Under the pieces are notes generated by a model. That model worked only from the letters and a program-made list of their open reading frames with translations. It searched no databases and was not told the origin of the DNA. Below are positions 29,725 to 40,164 of a stretch of DNA of 64,000 nt, piece by piece. How positions within the stretch are numbered: the stretch's first letter is position 1; each line of letters opens with the position of its first letter. The DNA lies in IMG/VR virus record IMGVR_UViG_3300046665_000548, positions 62,001 through 126,000 of that record. One strand, 5' to 3'. The position numbers and the translations under genes are program-made.

Positions 29725-30492
29725 TTATCCGATCACGAAGCCGTAGCCTTCGCCCTGATCAATCAACATTTTAAGTTCTTCATCCAAGCGTTGAATTTCA
29801 GCAAGAGCTTCGTTTTTGATCGCGTCGCCATTGAAAGTGACACCACCTTGAGGACCCGCGAGGTTTGCAAACTTGGTACGTGCCTCGCCTTGAATTAACT
29901 TGCACTGAGATATGGAATAATCACGAATCCAAGGCTTAGCGTATACGTCGCTCATAATAATTTCTTCTGGGCGAGCCAAATAGCAATGGACGCAGATTTC
30001 TTCAGGAGCGTGAAACTGACGATGGAGCGTAAGCTTCTTGCTTACGCCGTCCCACGAATACATAACGTCACGCCCAAACATACGACCAGCGAGTTCTTGG
30101 AACTGCATAGCAAAGTCATACATCGCGAGACTACCAGCGCCGCCTCCACCGAGACCACCTGGATTCTGGACCATATACATGTTGTTGGTCATTGCGAGCG
30201 AGAACGGATCGATGCTTGCGCCGCCTGCCGAGCCGCCAATCGTGCGGCGATACAAGTACATAACTTGCTGAACTTCATTCGGAAGCGTGTATGTGGCCAC
30301 ATCCGGCTGCACCGTTAGAAATACAAACGACTCTTCCAGCGCAGTGCCAGAACGCTGACGGTAGCGATCTAGTGCGACCGTAATAGCATAGTCGTAATGC
30401 TCTGGATCGAGTTCGTTATCAACGATGCCTCCACCAAGCCTGAGTTTGATTTCGGAGATGAGCTTGTCGCGCGCAGTGATTTGGTTGGCCAT
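29725..30492 (-). CDS. Neck protein (T4 gp13-like)
   Basis: IKLRLGGGIVDNELD, WIRDYS, KFANLAGPQGGVTFNG, C-terminal FVIG. Confidence 0.85.
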   Translation of the reverse strand: MANQITARDKLISEIKLRLGGGIVDNELDPEHYDYAITVALDRYRQRSGTALEESFVFLTVQPDVATYTLPNEVQQVMYLYRRTIGGSAGGASIDPFSLAMTNNMYMVQNPGGLGGGGAGSLAMYDFAMQFQELAGRMFGRDVMYSWDGVSKKLTLHRQFHAPEEICVHCYLARPEEIIMSDVYAKPWIRDYSISQCKLIQGEARTKFANLAGPQGGVTFNGDAIKNEALAEIQRLDEELKMLIDQGEGYGFVIG

Positions 30493-30581
30493 GAGATTAT
30501 TTAGCGGTTGACATGGCGTGAAGGAAACCTTAGCGGAGATCGACCAATTTTGGTCCTTATTTTATTTTCATTGAGGTTATT

Positions 30582-31063
30582 ATGAAGTTACCGCCGTCAA
30601 AGCCGTGCAAGAACGCGCCAAGCTGAACCGGGACGTAAAAGAATCGGTGATCACTTCGCTGGGGTTCTCTGATCTGTTTGAGATAGAGGGTATCCAAGTT
30701 GAGAATATAGACTTTAGTGCCATTTACCTAAAGTCCATCGAAGAGCGTATGCTGGCCGAGGTGGAGGTGCAGAAGCTGCGTCAGCATGCAGAGCGCGAAA
30801 AAGTGCAAGCAGACATCACGGTCACTAAGGCCAACGCAGAAGCCGATGCCCGTCTCGCAAATGCGAAGGCTGAATCAGAAGCGATTCGCCTTCGCGGCGA
30901 TGCACAAGCGCAGGCAATCAAGGCGCGCGCTGGTGCTCTTGCAGATAACCCGCTGCTGATCCAGCTTACGCTGGCAGAGAAGTGGAACGGCCAGGGACCG
31001 ACCAGCGTTATTCCTGGCACGACGGTGCCGATGATTGGCGTGGGAACTAACCTCGGTAAATGA
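30582..31063 (+). pseudogene. Truncated SPFH/prohibitin-family gene
   Basis: Only the C-terminal SPFH/coiled-coil part is present (SIEERMLAEVEVQK..EKWNG); the ATG with an RBS at 30582 is out of frame. Confidence 0.6.
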
Positions 31064-31196
31064 CCCTATAAATATCTCTACGAATGAACCAAAAAATGGC
31101 TGGGAGACCAGCCATTTTCATTCGTCCTCTCTTGTTTGAACGCATCGAACAGCTTACACAATTCAGTGCTAATTTGTCCCAACTAGGTCAAAAACA

Positions 31197-32885
31197 ATGT
31201 TCCGGCTGTGGAAACGCTTCGAAGGAGAACCAAGGTCCGTTACATGGCATCTTATCGTCTTTGCAATGGCGCTCTATTTTCCCGTCGTGGGGCTCTCGGC
31301 GGTACTGGCTTATCGCTACGTCGAGAATGAACAGGCTGATGTCAAATACGGGGCGCTTTCGGCCGCCAGAAGTTTCGAGGGGACAGTAACCACGCAAGTA
31401 CAAGGCTTGCGCGCCGCAGCACTTGCACTGGCTAGTGCTCGTGAACTCAAAGTTGGTGAGCTTGACGAATTTTACACTCGCGCTAAGGAAGCCGTAGACA
31501 ACGGGTCATGGGTCGTATTGCGTGATCGAACCGGTAAACAGGTTTTAAACACGAGATTATCTCGCGACACCCCTTTACCGCAGCGACACACAGACGAAAA
31601 GGGATTGGCTCAAGTCCTAGCTGGGCGAGAATATCTGTCCGACGTGTTCAAAGGGCCTCACGCCGGGCAAGACGTTGTTTATTACAGCGTACCAGTATGG
31701 GCTAACGGGCAAGTCTTGTACGAGCTTTCTGTTGCGATTACGGCTTCTACATTCAATGATCTGGCCTCCAAGGAAGCTCCGCGCTGGCAGATCGCTCTAG
31801 TCGGCCGTGACCTCAATATTATCATGCGCAATCCTCGCCTTGATGTTGTGGGGAAACCTATCTCGGATTCCTCAAAGAGGGAGTTGGAGATCAATCCCAA
31901 ACCAGGGGTGGATTACCTCTACGCGAATAAAGTGATATCCGTCTCTGGTCAAACCTTGATTGGCGGGTTCAGACGCATGCCGAATGGCTGGACGATCTTT
32001 GTCGCGGTGGGAGAGGATGTCTACCTTCAGCCGGTCTGGAGAGCTATTTGGGCCGGTGCGCTGCTTACTCTTATTTTCATCGTTGTCCCGCCGCTTCTCG
32101 CCGGTCTCATCGGGTTACGGATCACCAGCGCAATCGACCGCCTCGTGTGGAAAGCCGAGCATCTGGCGCGCGGCGAAGTCGTGGAACCACCGGTCACGAA
32201 GGTAAAAGAAGTAAACATGGCGGCTATCGCCATGCACCTCGCAGCTAAGCAGATCAAGGCGGAAAACGCCCATCAGCGTCTATTGGTTCAGGAATTGAAC
32301 CACCGCGTCAAAAACACGCTGGCGTCGATCCAAGCCATTGCCCGCCGCACGTTCAACGGCGTGGACAGGGAGAACTATGGGCGGTTTGAGGGGCGTATCC
32401 TCGCCCTATCAGCTACGCACAATCTTTTGACTGATCAGCAATGGACCGGTGCAGACATACGCGACATCGTGAAAAGCGAGCTTTCGCCTTACAAGAATGT
32501 TTATACCGATGGCGATAAGGTCATCCTTCACGCTAGAGCGGCAGTTAGTCTTGCGACTGTTTTCCACGAGCTTGTTACAAATGCCTCTAAGTTCGGCGCT
32601 CTGTCTGTGCCGGACGGCAAAGTCGAGTTAACGTGGCGTGCCTTCAAGGGGAACTCTGGTAGTACGTCCATCGAACTAGATTGGGTAGAAACTAATGGAC
32701 CACGCGTAAATGGGACTCGAAAAAAGGGCTTCGGCACCACGCTTATCCAGACCAGTATCCAACACGAACTCCAGGGTACAGTTGAAATCTACTACGAGCC
32801 TCACGGATTGAGATGTCATATCTCTATTCTCATGTTTGAAGAGAAACCGATGATGAACCCAACCGTCGAGGAAGTTGCTGCGTAA
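31197..32885 (+). CDS. HWE-family sensor histidine kinase with an extracytoplasmic Cache-like domain
   Basis: ELNHRVKNTLA H-box, HELVTNASKFGALS N-box, WVETNGP, GFGT; two TM helices. Confidence 0.92.
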   Translation: MFRLWKRFEGEPRSVTWHLIVFAMALYFPVVGLSAVLAYRYVENEQADVKYGALSAARSFEGTVTTQVQGLRAAALALASARELKVGELDEFYTRAKEAVDNGSWVVLRDRTGKQVLNTRLSRDTPLPQRHTDEKGLAQVLAGREYLSDVFKGPHAGQDVVYYSVPVWANGQVLYELSVAITASTFNDLASKEAPRWQIALVGRDLNIIMRNPRLDVVGKPISDSSKRELEINPKPGVDYLYANKVISVSGQTLIGGFRRMPNGWTIFVAVGEDVYLQPVWRAIWAGALLTLIFIVVPPLLAGLIGLRITSAIDRLVWKAEHLARGEVVEPPVTKVKEVNMAAIAMHLAAKQIKAENAHQRLLVQELNHRVKNTLASIQAIARRTFNGVDRENYGRFEGRILALSATHNLLTDQQWTGADIRDIVKSELSPYKNVYTDGDKVILHARAAVSLATVFHELVTNASKFGALSVPDGKVELTWRAFKGNSGSTSIELDWVETNGPRVNGTRKKGFGTTLIQTSIQHELQGTVEIYYEPHGLRCHISILMFEEKPMMNPTVEEVAA

Positions 32886-32900
32886 TCTCTAAATAGGTGT

Positions 32901-33983
32901 ATGCCAAGGCTTACACTGTGGAATTCCGGTCGCCGCTCGAACGACTACAACTTCATCGATAAAAGTATTTCGGAGTTCTTCGGAATTTCTGGAACTGCTA
33001 TCTATGTGCACAAGTACATTGGACCGTACGATACCCGAGAACCTAATGAGGATGGCACGCCGTTGACGCCAATCTCTCTAGGCGAAACCTCGATCCAGGA
33101 TGTTCTGTTCTTAGAAAACCGTGACCGCAAGTACGGCAAAGAGGTGTACGAGCTACGCGGTTGTTACAACGTCCAGGATCAAGACTTTGACCTTCGTCAG
33201 TTCGGTGTGTTTCTGACCGGAGATACTATCTTCATCGAATTCCATCTGAATGACATGCTCAATCTTATGGGCCGACGATTGATCGCTGGCGATGTGATAG
33301 AGCTACCGCATCAGCGCGACGACTCGGCCCTGAATGACGCACCTGCCATCAACAAATTCTACGTCGTCCAGGACTCCAGCCGTGCGACTGACGGCTACTC
33401 TCCAACATGGTGGTCACACATCTGGCGCGTAAAGTGCGGCCCGATGACAGACGCTCAGCAGTACAGCGACATTCTCGACAGTGCGCCGAAAGACCCATTT
33501 GGGCGCGACAAGGATGGCAAACTCAAGGATATTCTATCGACCATCGATACCGAGCTTGATATCACTGATCAGATCAACGATGAGGCCATTGCGAACGTTA
33601 GACGCCGTAACTTCGAAACCCGTCAGTTCTACGTCGTTCCTGGCGACGAAACGACCCGTCAAAACCCGTGGATTTTTGCAGGCGACGGTGTTCCTCCGAA
33701 CGGTGCCGCACTAGTCGGTTCTGGTCGAACTTGGCCCGCCAGTCCGGCCGATCAGTCCTACTATCTTCGCACCGACTACGACCCTCATGCGCTCTTCCGT
33801 TTCAGCGGTGGCGTGTGGCGTCAGCAGGAACTCGATTATCGTGGCGAGAACTGGAGCGCGATGGCTCGCGTCTTGAAGACGTTTATCAACAACGATAGCG
33901 AGACCCACATGAAGGACGGCACAGTCTTCAAGGAGAAGCAGCCGCTCTATAAGGCGGTCAAGCTGCGCCCGGACAAGCTCTAA
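32901..33983 (+). CDS. Neck/head-closure protein (T4 gp14-like)
   Basis: IQDVLFLENRDRKY, DLRQFG.FL, GDVIELPH, WWSHIWRVK; late promoter. Confidence 0.75.
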   Translation: MPRLTLWNSGRRSNDYNFIDKSISEFFGISGTAIYVHKYIGPYDTREPNEDGTPLTPISLGETSIQDVLFLENRDRKYGKEVYELRGCYNVQDQDFDLRQFGVFLTGDTIFIEFHLNDMLNLMGRRLIAGDVIELPHQRDDSALNDAPAINKFYVVQDSSRATDGYSPTWWSHIWRVKCGPMTDAQQYSDILDSAPKDPFGRDKDGKLKDILSTIDTELDITDQINDEAIANVRRRNFETRQFYVVPGDETTRQNPWIFAGDGVPPNGAALVGSGRTWPASPADQSYYLRTDYDPHALFRFSGGVWRQQELDYRGENWSAMARVLKTFINNDSETHMKDGTVFKEKQPLYKAVKLRPDKL

Positions 33984-34040
33984 CCCTTACTACAGGTGAG
34001 GATATCGACGGCATAGTTAAGGTTAGTCGTAAAAGGCTAA

Positions 34041-34526
34041 TTATGCCTTCGATTTGAAGGCTTCAAACGTGCCGAACACGTGATCCCAAAGCGTCGAGGT
34101 GACACCAAAATTCACCTCCAGACCACGATGATGCATGAGATGCCTCATCTTTGCCGGGTACATCCAACCCTCTACTGGAATTCGCCAGTGGTGAATTCCA
34201 TGATGCATGCAGATGTAGCAAAAATATCCTGCTGTTATCCCGACAACGAGAGATGATGGAAGCACAAGCGTTAGAACCAGGAATATCGCTAGGCTATGGA
34301 AGCTCGAATAGCCCGTCTTGCCAGATGGCTTCGCATGATGTTCCTGGTGCGATTTTCTCGCGAAAGGCACGTTGTGGAAGACCACACGATGGATAAGATA
34401 TTCAAGCGGTGACCAAAGCAGGAAGCCAACCAAGACAACTATTGGATTGATACTCGTGACAAAACAAAGCACTACCATCAAGAATGGCATGCTCACAAAA
34501 TCCAAATAGTATTCTAATTTGTTCAC
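34041..34526 (-). CDS. Fatty acid hydroxylase/sterol desaturase family protein
   Basis: His boxes EYLIHRVVFH, HQEHH, HHGIHH, HLMHH and NFGVTS.LWDHVFGT. Confidence 0.88.
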   Translation of the reverse strand: MNKLEYYLDFVSMPFLMVVLCFVTSINPIVVLVGFLLWSPLEYLIHRVVFHNVPFARKSHQEHHAKPSGKTGYSSFHSLAIFLVLTLVLPSSLVVGITAGYFCYICMHHGIHHWRIPVEGWMYPAKMRHLMHHRGLEVNFGVTSTLWDHVFGTFEAFKSKA

Positions 34527-34529
34527 CCA

Positions 34530-34916
34530 TTATTTAGGGCGGGACTCGATTAATACGCCGATTTTCCCGGCGACTCGTTTGCCTTGCCATCGCGAATCAT
34601 CTGAGCCTTCACCGGCAGAGAGAAATACAAACGACTCATCTGTTAATTCTAGTTTTTCTCGAAGCTCGATAAGCCGAGGGAGAATTTGTTCGTACACGCA
34701 AGGGCTAAAACTGAACCCCTTATATGCGAAAAGCCCGCGATCATCGGAGCAACCTCTGACGATGTTTTCGAATTCCGGATCGTTTTCCCCAGTCAGCCAT
34801 CCCATGTCCTGGAACCACTCTGTATGAGAGCGCTGATCGTTATACGGGGCTATTTCAATTCTACCTTTTATTATCGCGAACATTCGACGCGGACGATTGA
34901 AACAAATCGAGGTCAC
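34530..34916 (-). CDS. Hypothetical protein
   Basis: Coupled ORF in an early operon. Confidence 0.6.
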   Translation of the reverse strand: MTSICFNRPRRMFAIIKGRIEIAPYNDQRSHTEWFQDMGWLTGENDPEFENIVRGCSDDRGLFAYKGFSFSPCVYEQILPRLIELREKLELTDESFVFLSAGEGSDDSRWQGKRVAGKIGVLIESRPK

Positions 34917-35221
34917 GGACCCTTCTCCTGAAAACTTTCGATCAGGCTGGCAATATTTCGAGCGCCTGTCGGATTTTGACTATGAATATAAAAACCCATC
35001 GCCTTTAGCGACAGGCTGTGATCGAGACAAAAATCAATTAACCAATGAGCAAAAATCATTGCGGTGTCATCACCGCCGAGATCGTGATCGAACGAAATGT
35101 AGTACGGAATTCCGCGCTCTTCAACCGTTTTGCACGCCTCGCTAGAAGTGCGAACGACCACCCAAGGACTCCCATCCTGGGGTGGCTCGCGTTCGTCATC
35201 TATGAAGAGCCTGTATGTCAT
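34913..35221 (-). CDS. Cyclic-phosphate-processing receiver-like domain protein
   Basis: LFIDDER, ISFDHDLG, IHSQNPTG motifs. Confidence 0.8.
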   Translation of the reverse strand: MTYRLFIDDEREPPQDGSPWVVVRTSSEACKTVEERGIPYYISFDHDLGGDDTAMIFAHWLIDFCLDHSLSLKAMGFYIHSQNPTGARNIASLIESFQEKGP

Positions 35222-35821
35222 TCATGCCTGCTCGTCTTGAACCTGCCAAAGCTTGGCTTGAACGTCGGAATGACTAAGGGCACTGGTGAACAGAAGTTCT
35301 TCTTCCCAAGTTTCCTTATTTGGATGATCATCATCGACGTGGTAGATGCGGTATGCGCGCACGGTAAGGTCTTTTTCACCTTCAAGGTGTTCAACCTCAT
35401 ATCGATAAGAGAGGTCCCACGGAGCAATCTTGCGCCAGTCTCGTGCCGTTTCCATGAGACGAACACCGCCTCCTTGGCCAGAAGGTGTTTGTTGGCGTCG
35501 AAGGAGTTTGGCGTACATTCCTTCTTCGAAAGAAGTATCAGTGCCTTCCTTCTTGTAGCGCTTAATCCGCTCTCGGTAATCAGCGATTTGCTCTTTACGC
35601 AAATCTTCTCCACTCAGTTTATTGGCGGCTACGAAGGCGGCAGCAAAGTCGTCCGCTTCATATCGAGGAAGCGGCCATGCGTAATTGAGGGCGGCCTTCA
35701 GCCAAAATACCGCACCAGAGGTTCCATTGATGGGATAACCGTCATGATGCTTGTAGACGTGGTACTGCTCGCGTTTGCGACCGTCGCGGCCAATAAAAGT
35801 GTACATCGCCCGTGTGCTCAT
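35222..35821 (-). CDS. Conserved phage hypothetical protein
   Basis: MSTRA..VYKHHDGYP motif; AGGAG RBS; CTTGAC promoter. Confidence 0.7.
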   Translation of the reverse strand: MSTRAMYTFIGRDGRKREQYHVYKHHDGYPINGTSGAVFWLKAALNYAWPLPRYEADDFAAAFVAANKLSGEDLRKEQIADYRERIKRYKKEGTDTSFEEGMYAKLLRRQQTPSGQGGGVRLMETARDWRKIAPWDLSYRYEVEHLEGEKDLTVRAYRIYHVDDDHPNKETWEEELLFTSALSHSDVQAKLWQVQDEQA

Positions 35822-35945
35822 TGCCGCCGATCTCCTACCTGAAAAGGCAAGTTTAACTGATTTGAGCAATCCGTCAAGCAACACAAAGATTTTGACCTTT
35901 GGTCGCCCCATTAGTTATTCTCCAAACATGATCTCAGAGGCACCA

Positions 35946-36311
35946 ATGCGAGAAAAGATTACCAATGCTCTTTCTACTCTCCTGAAACCTATTGTGCATT
36001 TCAGCGAGAACCGAGGGTATATTACGCCTGCTCTTATTGCCACTTGCGACTATTCGGAAGAGTGGGAAGATGATGAAGGGGATCATCAGGAAACTATTAC
36101 GTTTTATCTGATGGAATACCCGTCCGGACGGCGCGACTGGAGAGTTTACGAGTACGGCCAGTGCGCGGACGAAGGCACCCATACGGCGTACCTCAGGGAT
36201 ATTCTCGTCTGGACCTACGGCGGCCCGCTACCCCGCAACGCCAAGAAGATTGGCGCAACCATCCTGGAAGTCATCAACATCGAACCGGCCGAACAGCCGC
36301 CAGCAGCCTAA
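35946..36311 (+). CDS. Hypothetical protein
   Basis: GAGG RBS. Confidence 0.6.
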   Translation: MREKITNALSTLLKPIVHFSENRGYITPALIATCDYSEEWEDDEGDHQETITFYLMEYPSGRRDWRVYEYGQCADEGTHTAYLRDILVWTYGGPLPRNAKKIGATILEVINIEPAEQPPAA

Positions 36312-36432
36312 TCAGGCTTCAAAAGCGCCATTGCGGCCTTGATGTTGTATTCCACACCCGGCTTGTAGCCCTGATCGTTCGCGCTCAGGGCGGCCCTTAG
36401 GAAATCCCTGATTTTTTGCCTGCTCTCTTTGC

Positions 36433-36921
36433 TCATGACTGGTTCCTGAGAGTTAGCCGATGAAGCTCGTTAGCCCGCTCAATAGCGGCTCTGAGAGTAT
36501 CGGAAAGGGTCGAATACACAGGCGTGTTGAACCGAGACGCCAGCGCGTCCAGATATCCGCATTTTGGTGCGTTTGTCGGGTGACCAAGGATCACGCGGCC
36601 TGACTGAATCTTGAGGCCGAATTCAACGTTGGTCGTAAACGCGGGCATACTGACGAGATCGCGGGGTATCCAAAACACCACCACAGTTGACTGATCGATG
36701 GCTTCCCACTCCCAGTTGACCTGTGCGTCATAATTATTGTGGGCGGTCCAGTCATCCGCCTCCGGGACGAACACCTGACCGTCAAACGGCTCTAGGATCG
36801 CTAGCGCCTCCAGTATTGTCAGTGCTTCCTGTCTCCACGACTCGGTTTGCGGGTCGCGCGGCGTGGGACCGGCAAGAAAAATGGATTTCTGGAGCGGCTG
36901 TAGTGCGTATACGACTTGCAT
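36433..36921 (-). CDS. Nucleoside 2-deoxyribosyltransferase-like protein
   Basis: IFLAGPTPR..SWR, QVNWE, VFWIPR, TTNVEFG motifs. Confidence 0.8.
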   Translation of the reverse strand: MQVVYALQPLQKSIFLAGPTPRDPQTESWRQEALTILEALAILEPFDGQVFVPEADDWTAHNNYDAQVNWEWEAIDQSTVVVFWIPRDLVSMPAFTTNVEFGLKIQSGRVILGHPTNAPKCGYLDALASRFNTPVYSTLSDTLRAAIERANELHRLTLRNQS

Positions 36922-37205
36922 TAATATTTCCCATCCCAACGTCTTGGTTCGGCTTTTGGAGTTGGAGGTTTTTCGTAAACCAGCACGTGACCATCCTTAC
37001 CAGCGGACTCCACGCAGTCATCGCAAATATTCACGACTAGCCACGTATCGATGCCGTCAGACAGCGGGTCCATAATTCTGCTGCCATAGTGGCCGTGCGT
37101 GTTGAATGCCAGCCCGCCATAGGGCTGGTTATCCACATGAACGTTGTCCAGATGCTTCTTACAGACGATGCAGGGGAGCGCCCCGCCCGGCTTCCATTCG
37201 GTCAT
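36921..37205 (-). CDS. Small Zn-binding hypothetical protein
   Basis: CxxC...GHYGS...CDDC. Confidence 0.6.
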   Translation of the reverse strand: MTEWKPGGALPCIVCKKHLDNVHVDNQPYGGLAFNTHGHYGSRIMDPLSDGIDTWLVVNICDDCVESAGKDGHVLVYEKPPTPKAEPRRWDGKY

Positions 37206-37208
37206 GAT

Positions 37209-37433
37209 TCACCACTCGAAATACACGTCGCCCTTGAGGCAGATATCCGGAACCTTGACATTCTTGAAGCCGCGCTTCTCCAACTCTTCACCGATTGTAC
37301 GGCAGAACCAGTCTTCGACGTAGACACGGATATACGAGGCGCTTGGACCGGCGTCGCGGTCTTTCACGGCAGCCTCGATCCTCGCGTCAAGGTCATCAGT
37401 TTGGCCCTGGCGGGCCATGTCAGCGGTAAACAT
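37209..37433 (-). CDS. Hypothetical protein
   Basis: ORF in an operon. Confidence 0.55.
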   Translation of the reverse strand: MFTADMARQGQTDDLDARIEAAVKDRDAGPSASYIRVYVEDWFCRTIGEELEKRGFKNVKVPDICLKGDVYFEW

Positions 37434-37580
37434 CTTCGTCGTTCCTAGCGGCCCAAGCTTTTTTCAACTCTTCGAGATCGAATCGGCGGTATCGGCGCGG
37501 CACATTTGCTTTATCAAGCATGGCGTGAGCTTCAAGCAAATAGGCTTCGGTATCAAACAGGGCGCGTGCCAGTAAATCCA

Positions 37581-37784
37581 TTACGTCCACCTCAACTGGA
37601 ATGCCAGCGCAAGCTTGTCATCGGAAATCCCGATCCGCACGCCCTTTACTAACCAAAGGTGCGGAAGCTCTTGGTCTTGTAACCATTCCGTATGATCCCG
37701 ACGATGTTGCCACATCGGAACGTAGAAAACATGCTTCCATTTTTTCGCTTTCGGCGCAGCTATGTATGCGAAAGTTTTTCTCAC
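37581..37784 (-). CDS. FKLRW-family small protein
   Basis: HTEWL...DDKLALAFQLRWT. Confidence 0.6.
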   Translation of the reverse strand: MRKTFAYIAAPKAKKWKHVFYVPMWQHRRDHTEWLQDQELPHLWLVKGVRIGISDDKLALAFQLRWT

Positions 37785-38806
37785 GCCACTCGCAGCTTAT
37801 TAGGCACTACCGCCTGACCCATCATCCAATGCTTGGCCGTCATCACGTGGCCCTTACGAACCCACTTGGCCGCCTTGTGGCGAAACTCGCTATAGGAGAA
37901 CGAATCAGCCACGCGAAGCACGTAGCCCTCATCCTTCTCCCAGGACAGCGCCTTCTCGATCTCATGCAACCGCTTCTCGTCGTAAATCCCGTCATACAAG
38001 ACACCGACCGGCGTGATCCCGAGTAACTTGAACCAGTCCAACGTATCGTCCCAGGAGAGACAGACATTGGCCTCGTTCCAGATCGAAAAACCAAGCAGGT
38101 AGCTTGGCAAATCTTCGTACGCGATAGAATGCTGCGCGAACAGGTTTTCCCCGCACACGCGCCAGCCTTCCGGAATATCGTGAGCGATACCGGACCAAAA
38201 GTTCTTAACCCAATCCCGTGACACATGATGCCGAGAATCCAGCGAACGAGCGTGGATGTAGTCGGTGTACATGGTCGTCTGTTCGCCATCCATCTTGGCG
38301 GTGACGATCACGCGCTGACCTTCGAAGGCGTGCATGCCCTCGATACGGCGATCATCGTCATTCATGCCGGGCGACCACGCAATGTGATTGGTGCGCGGAT
38401 ATTTGACGTACTGCGAGAACTCATGCAGGTGACCGGCGATGATCTTCTGAACCGATTCGTCATAGAACAGTTCGCCGCGAAGGCGGGTGCCATTCGGCAA
38501 GATCGGGTTGCCCCACTTGTCGATCTGCTGATCCGCATAGAGATGCGGCGGGACCACCTTCTTGGTGATCTTGGCTGCCAGCCGAACATCCTCAACTGCA
38601 ATATCCGTGCGCTCACAGGCGAGATGATGCTCTTCGCAAACACTCACGCCATTATCGAGATAATAGCCGCCGTCCACAAAGAGCCGTCGCTCGATGATGT
38701 GATGGGCATCCTTGGCTGGGGCATCGCAGAATACGCACTTATGGCCGTCGCGGGCGAAAACGCCGTTGCGAAAGTCGTCCCGCGTAAGGAGACGAGGGGT
38801 AGACAT
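37781..38806 (-). CDS. HNH-domain/RNA ligase fusion protein
   Basis: N-terminal RDGHKCVFC..DAHHI..NGVSVCEEHH; ligase motifs KYPRT, AKMDG, GENL, EGYVLR, AKWVR. Confidence 0.85.
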   Translation of the reverse strand: MSTPRLLTRDDFRNGVFARDGHKCVFCDAPAKDAHHIIERRLFVDGGYYLDNGVSVCEEHHLACERTDIAVEDVRLAAKITKKVVPPHLYADQQIDKWGNPILPNGTRLRGELFYDESVQKIIAGHLHEFSQYVKYPRTNHIAWSPGMNDDDRRIEGMHAFEGQRVIVTAKMDGEQTTMYTDYIHARSLDSRHHVSRDWVKNFWSGIAHDIPEGWRVCGENLFAQHSIAYEDLPSYLLGFSIWNEANVCLSWDDTLDWFKLLGITPVGVLYDGIYDEKRLHEIEKALSWEKDEGYVLRVADSFSYSEFRHKAAKWVRKGHVMTAKHWMMGQAVVPNKLRVA

Positions 38807-38872
38807 GGCTCGCCTCCTCAAAAATCGTTGGAATACCGTTTTACCAAAAAATAGCTTTTCGTCAAGTCTATT

Positions 38873-39415
38873 TTAGATACCGCCACCCGTCGTCAAAAGA
38901 CGGAGCGATTTGATGGCTCGAACGACTTCGGGCTTCTTTGTTAGCCTATCCAGCCCCGAAACTAGCGGAGCGGTCAATTCCTGGCTCCCACCGTGGTAAG
39001 AAAACGTCCGATGGCGCACATGACGCCAGAATTCCTCGGGAACGTCAGTGTCCGGGATTATCTTGGACCATCGCCAATCCTCTACCTCGCTACCAACACC
39101 GATTTTTCTGTTGTCTATCCGCTCGTTCTTCGAACGCCCATAACTATCCCGTAGCTCACGGAGGAATACAGCGTAAGTGTAATAGGTGAAGCCGTTTCCT
39201 TCCTCGAAGGTGTCGATCAGGTGCGCATCAAATCCAGATAGATCGATACCAGATTCTTCCTCAACCTCACGCAGCATGCAGGCCAGCGGGTCTTCTCCCG
39301 CTTCGGCCATCCCTCCGAAAGTCCCCCAAGTCAGCGGTTCGCTCTCGCCCATGCCGCGTAGGCAGGTCAAGACATGGCCATTCTGAAAGATAAGTGCACC
39401 GGCTCCAAAGCTCAT
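38873..39415 (-). CDS. NUDIX hydrolase
   Basis: GGMAEAGEDPLACMLREVEEESG. Confidence 0.85.
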   Translation of the reverse strand: MSFGAGALIFQNGHVLTCLRGMGESEPLTWGTFGGMAEAGEDPLACMLREVEEESGIDLSGFDAHLIDTFEEGNGFTYYTYAVFLRELRDSYGRSKNERIDNRKIGVGSEVEDWRWSKIIPDTDVPEEFWRHVRHRTFSYHGGSQELTAPLVSGLDRLTKKPEVVRAIKSLRLLTTGGGI

Positions 39416-39485
39416 AAAATGATCTTACCAAAGAAAAGGAAAAGTTCCAGCTAAATATTCGCACAACAACCAACCGAGGACTTAT

Positions 39486-40097
39486 ATGTCCATCAATAGA
39501 GATACCTTCTTCCAAACCATCCGAGGCAGTCTTTTCGGCGGGCATTTCACGCAAGATCAAGTAAATGGCCTCGATACGCTTACCGACGTGTGGGAAGCTA
39601 GCGGGTATACTGACAAGCGTTGGTTTGCTTACATGCTAGCTACGGCGTTTCATGAGACCGCCCAAACGATGCAGCCGATCCACGAACGCGGCGGCAACGC
39701 ATATTTCACCAAAATGTACGACATTCGCGGAAACCGTCCCTCTCTAGCTCGGCAGATGGGCAACATCAGCCCAGGCGATGGTGCCAAGTATTGCGGTCGC
39801 GGTTACGTGCAGTTGACATGGCGCGTCAATTATCACCGCATGGGTGAATTGCTTGGTCTCGATCTTGAGAACAATCCAGATTTGGCCATGCAGCCAGATG
39901 TCGCAGCTAAGGTGATGTTCGAGGGCATGACCAAGGGCGAAAGCCGAAAAGGCGACTTTACTGGCGTCTCTCTGGAAAAATATTTCAACAGCACCACCGA
40001 AGATTGGGTGAACGCTCGACGCATCATCAACGGGACCGATTGTGCCCAGGCCATTGCCGCCTATGCAAAGAAATTCAACGCAGCACTCTCTGCTTGA
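39486..40097 (+). CDS. Endolysin, glycoside hydrolase family 19
   Basis: [29 protein letters not shown]; late promoter. Confidence 0.88.
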   Translation: MSINRDTFFQTIRGSLFGGHFTQDQVNGLDTLTDVWEASGYTDKRWFAYMLATAFHETAQTMQPIHERGGNAYFTKMYDIRGNRPSLARQMGNISPGDGAKYCGRGYVQLTWRVNYHRMGELLGLDLENNPDLAMQPDVAAKVMFEGMTKGESRKGDFTGVSLEKYFNSTTEDWVNARRIINGTDCAQAIAAYAKKFNAALSA

Positions 40098-40119
40098 TCA
40101 CTACTAATATAGACCATAG

Positions 40120-40150
40120 AAAAAGGCCGGGCGCGAATGCCCGGCCTTTC
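40120..40150. terminator. Bidirectional intrinsic terminator
   Basis: AAAGGCCGGGC-GCGAAT-GCCCGGCCTTT. Confidence 0.75.
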
Positions 40151-40164
40151 TCGTTGCATGACGA

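Noticed and set aside
31084-31389. 101-aa ORF after TATAAATA
   Set aside because: Overlaps the kinase out of frame and has no recognisable features; the box may simply serve the kinase
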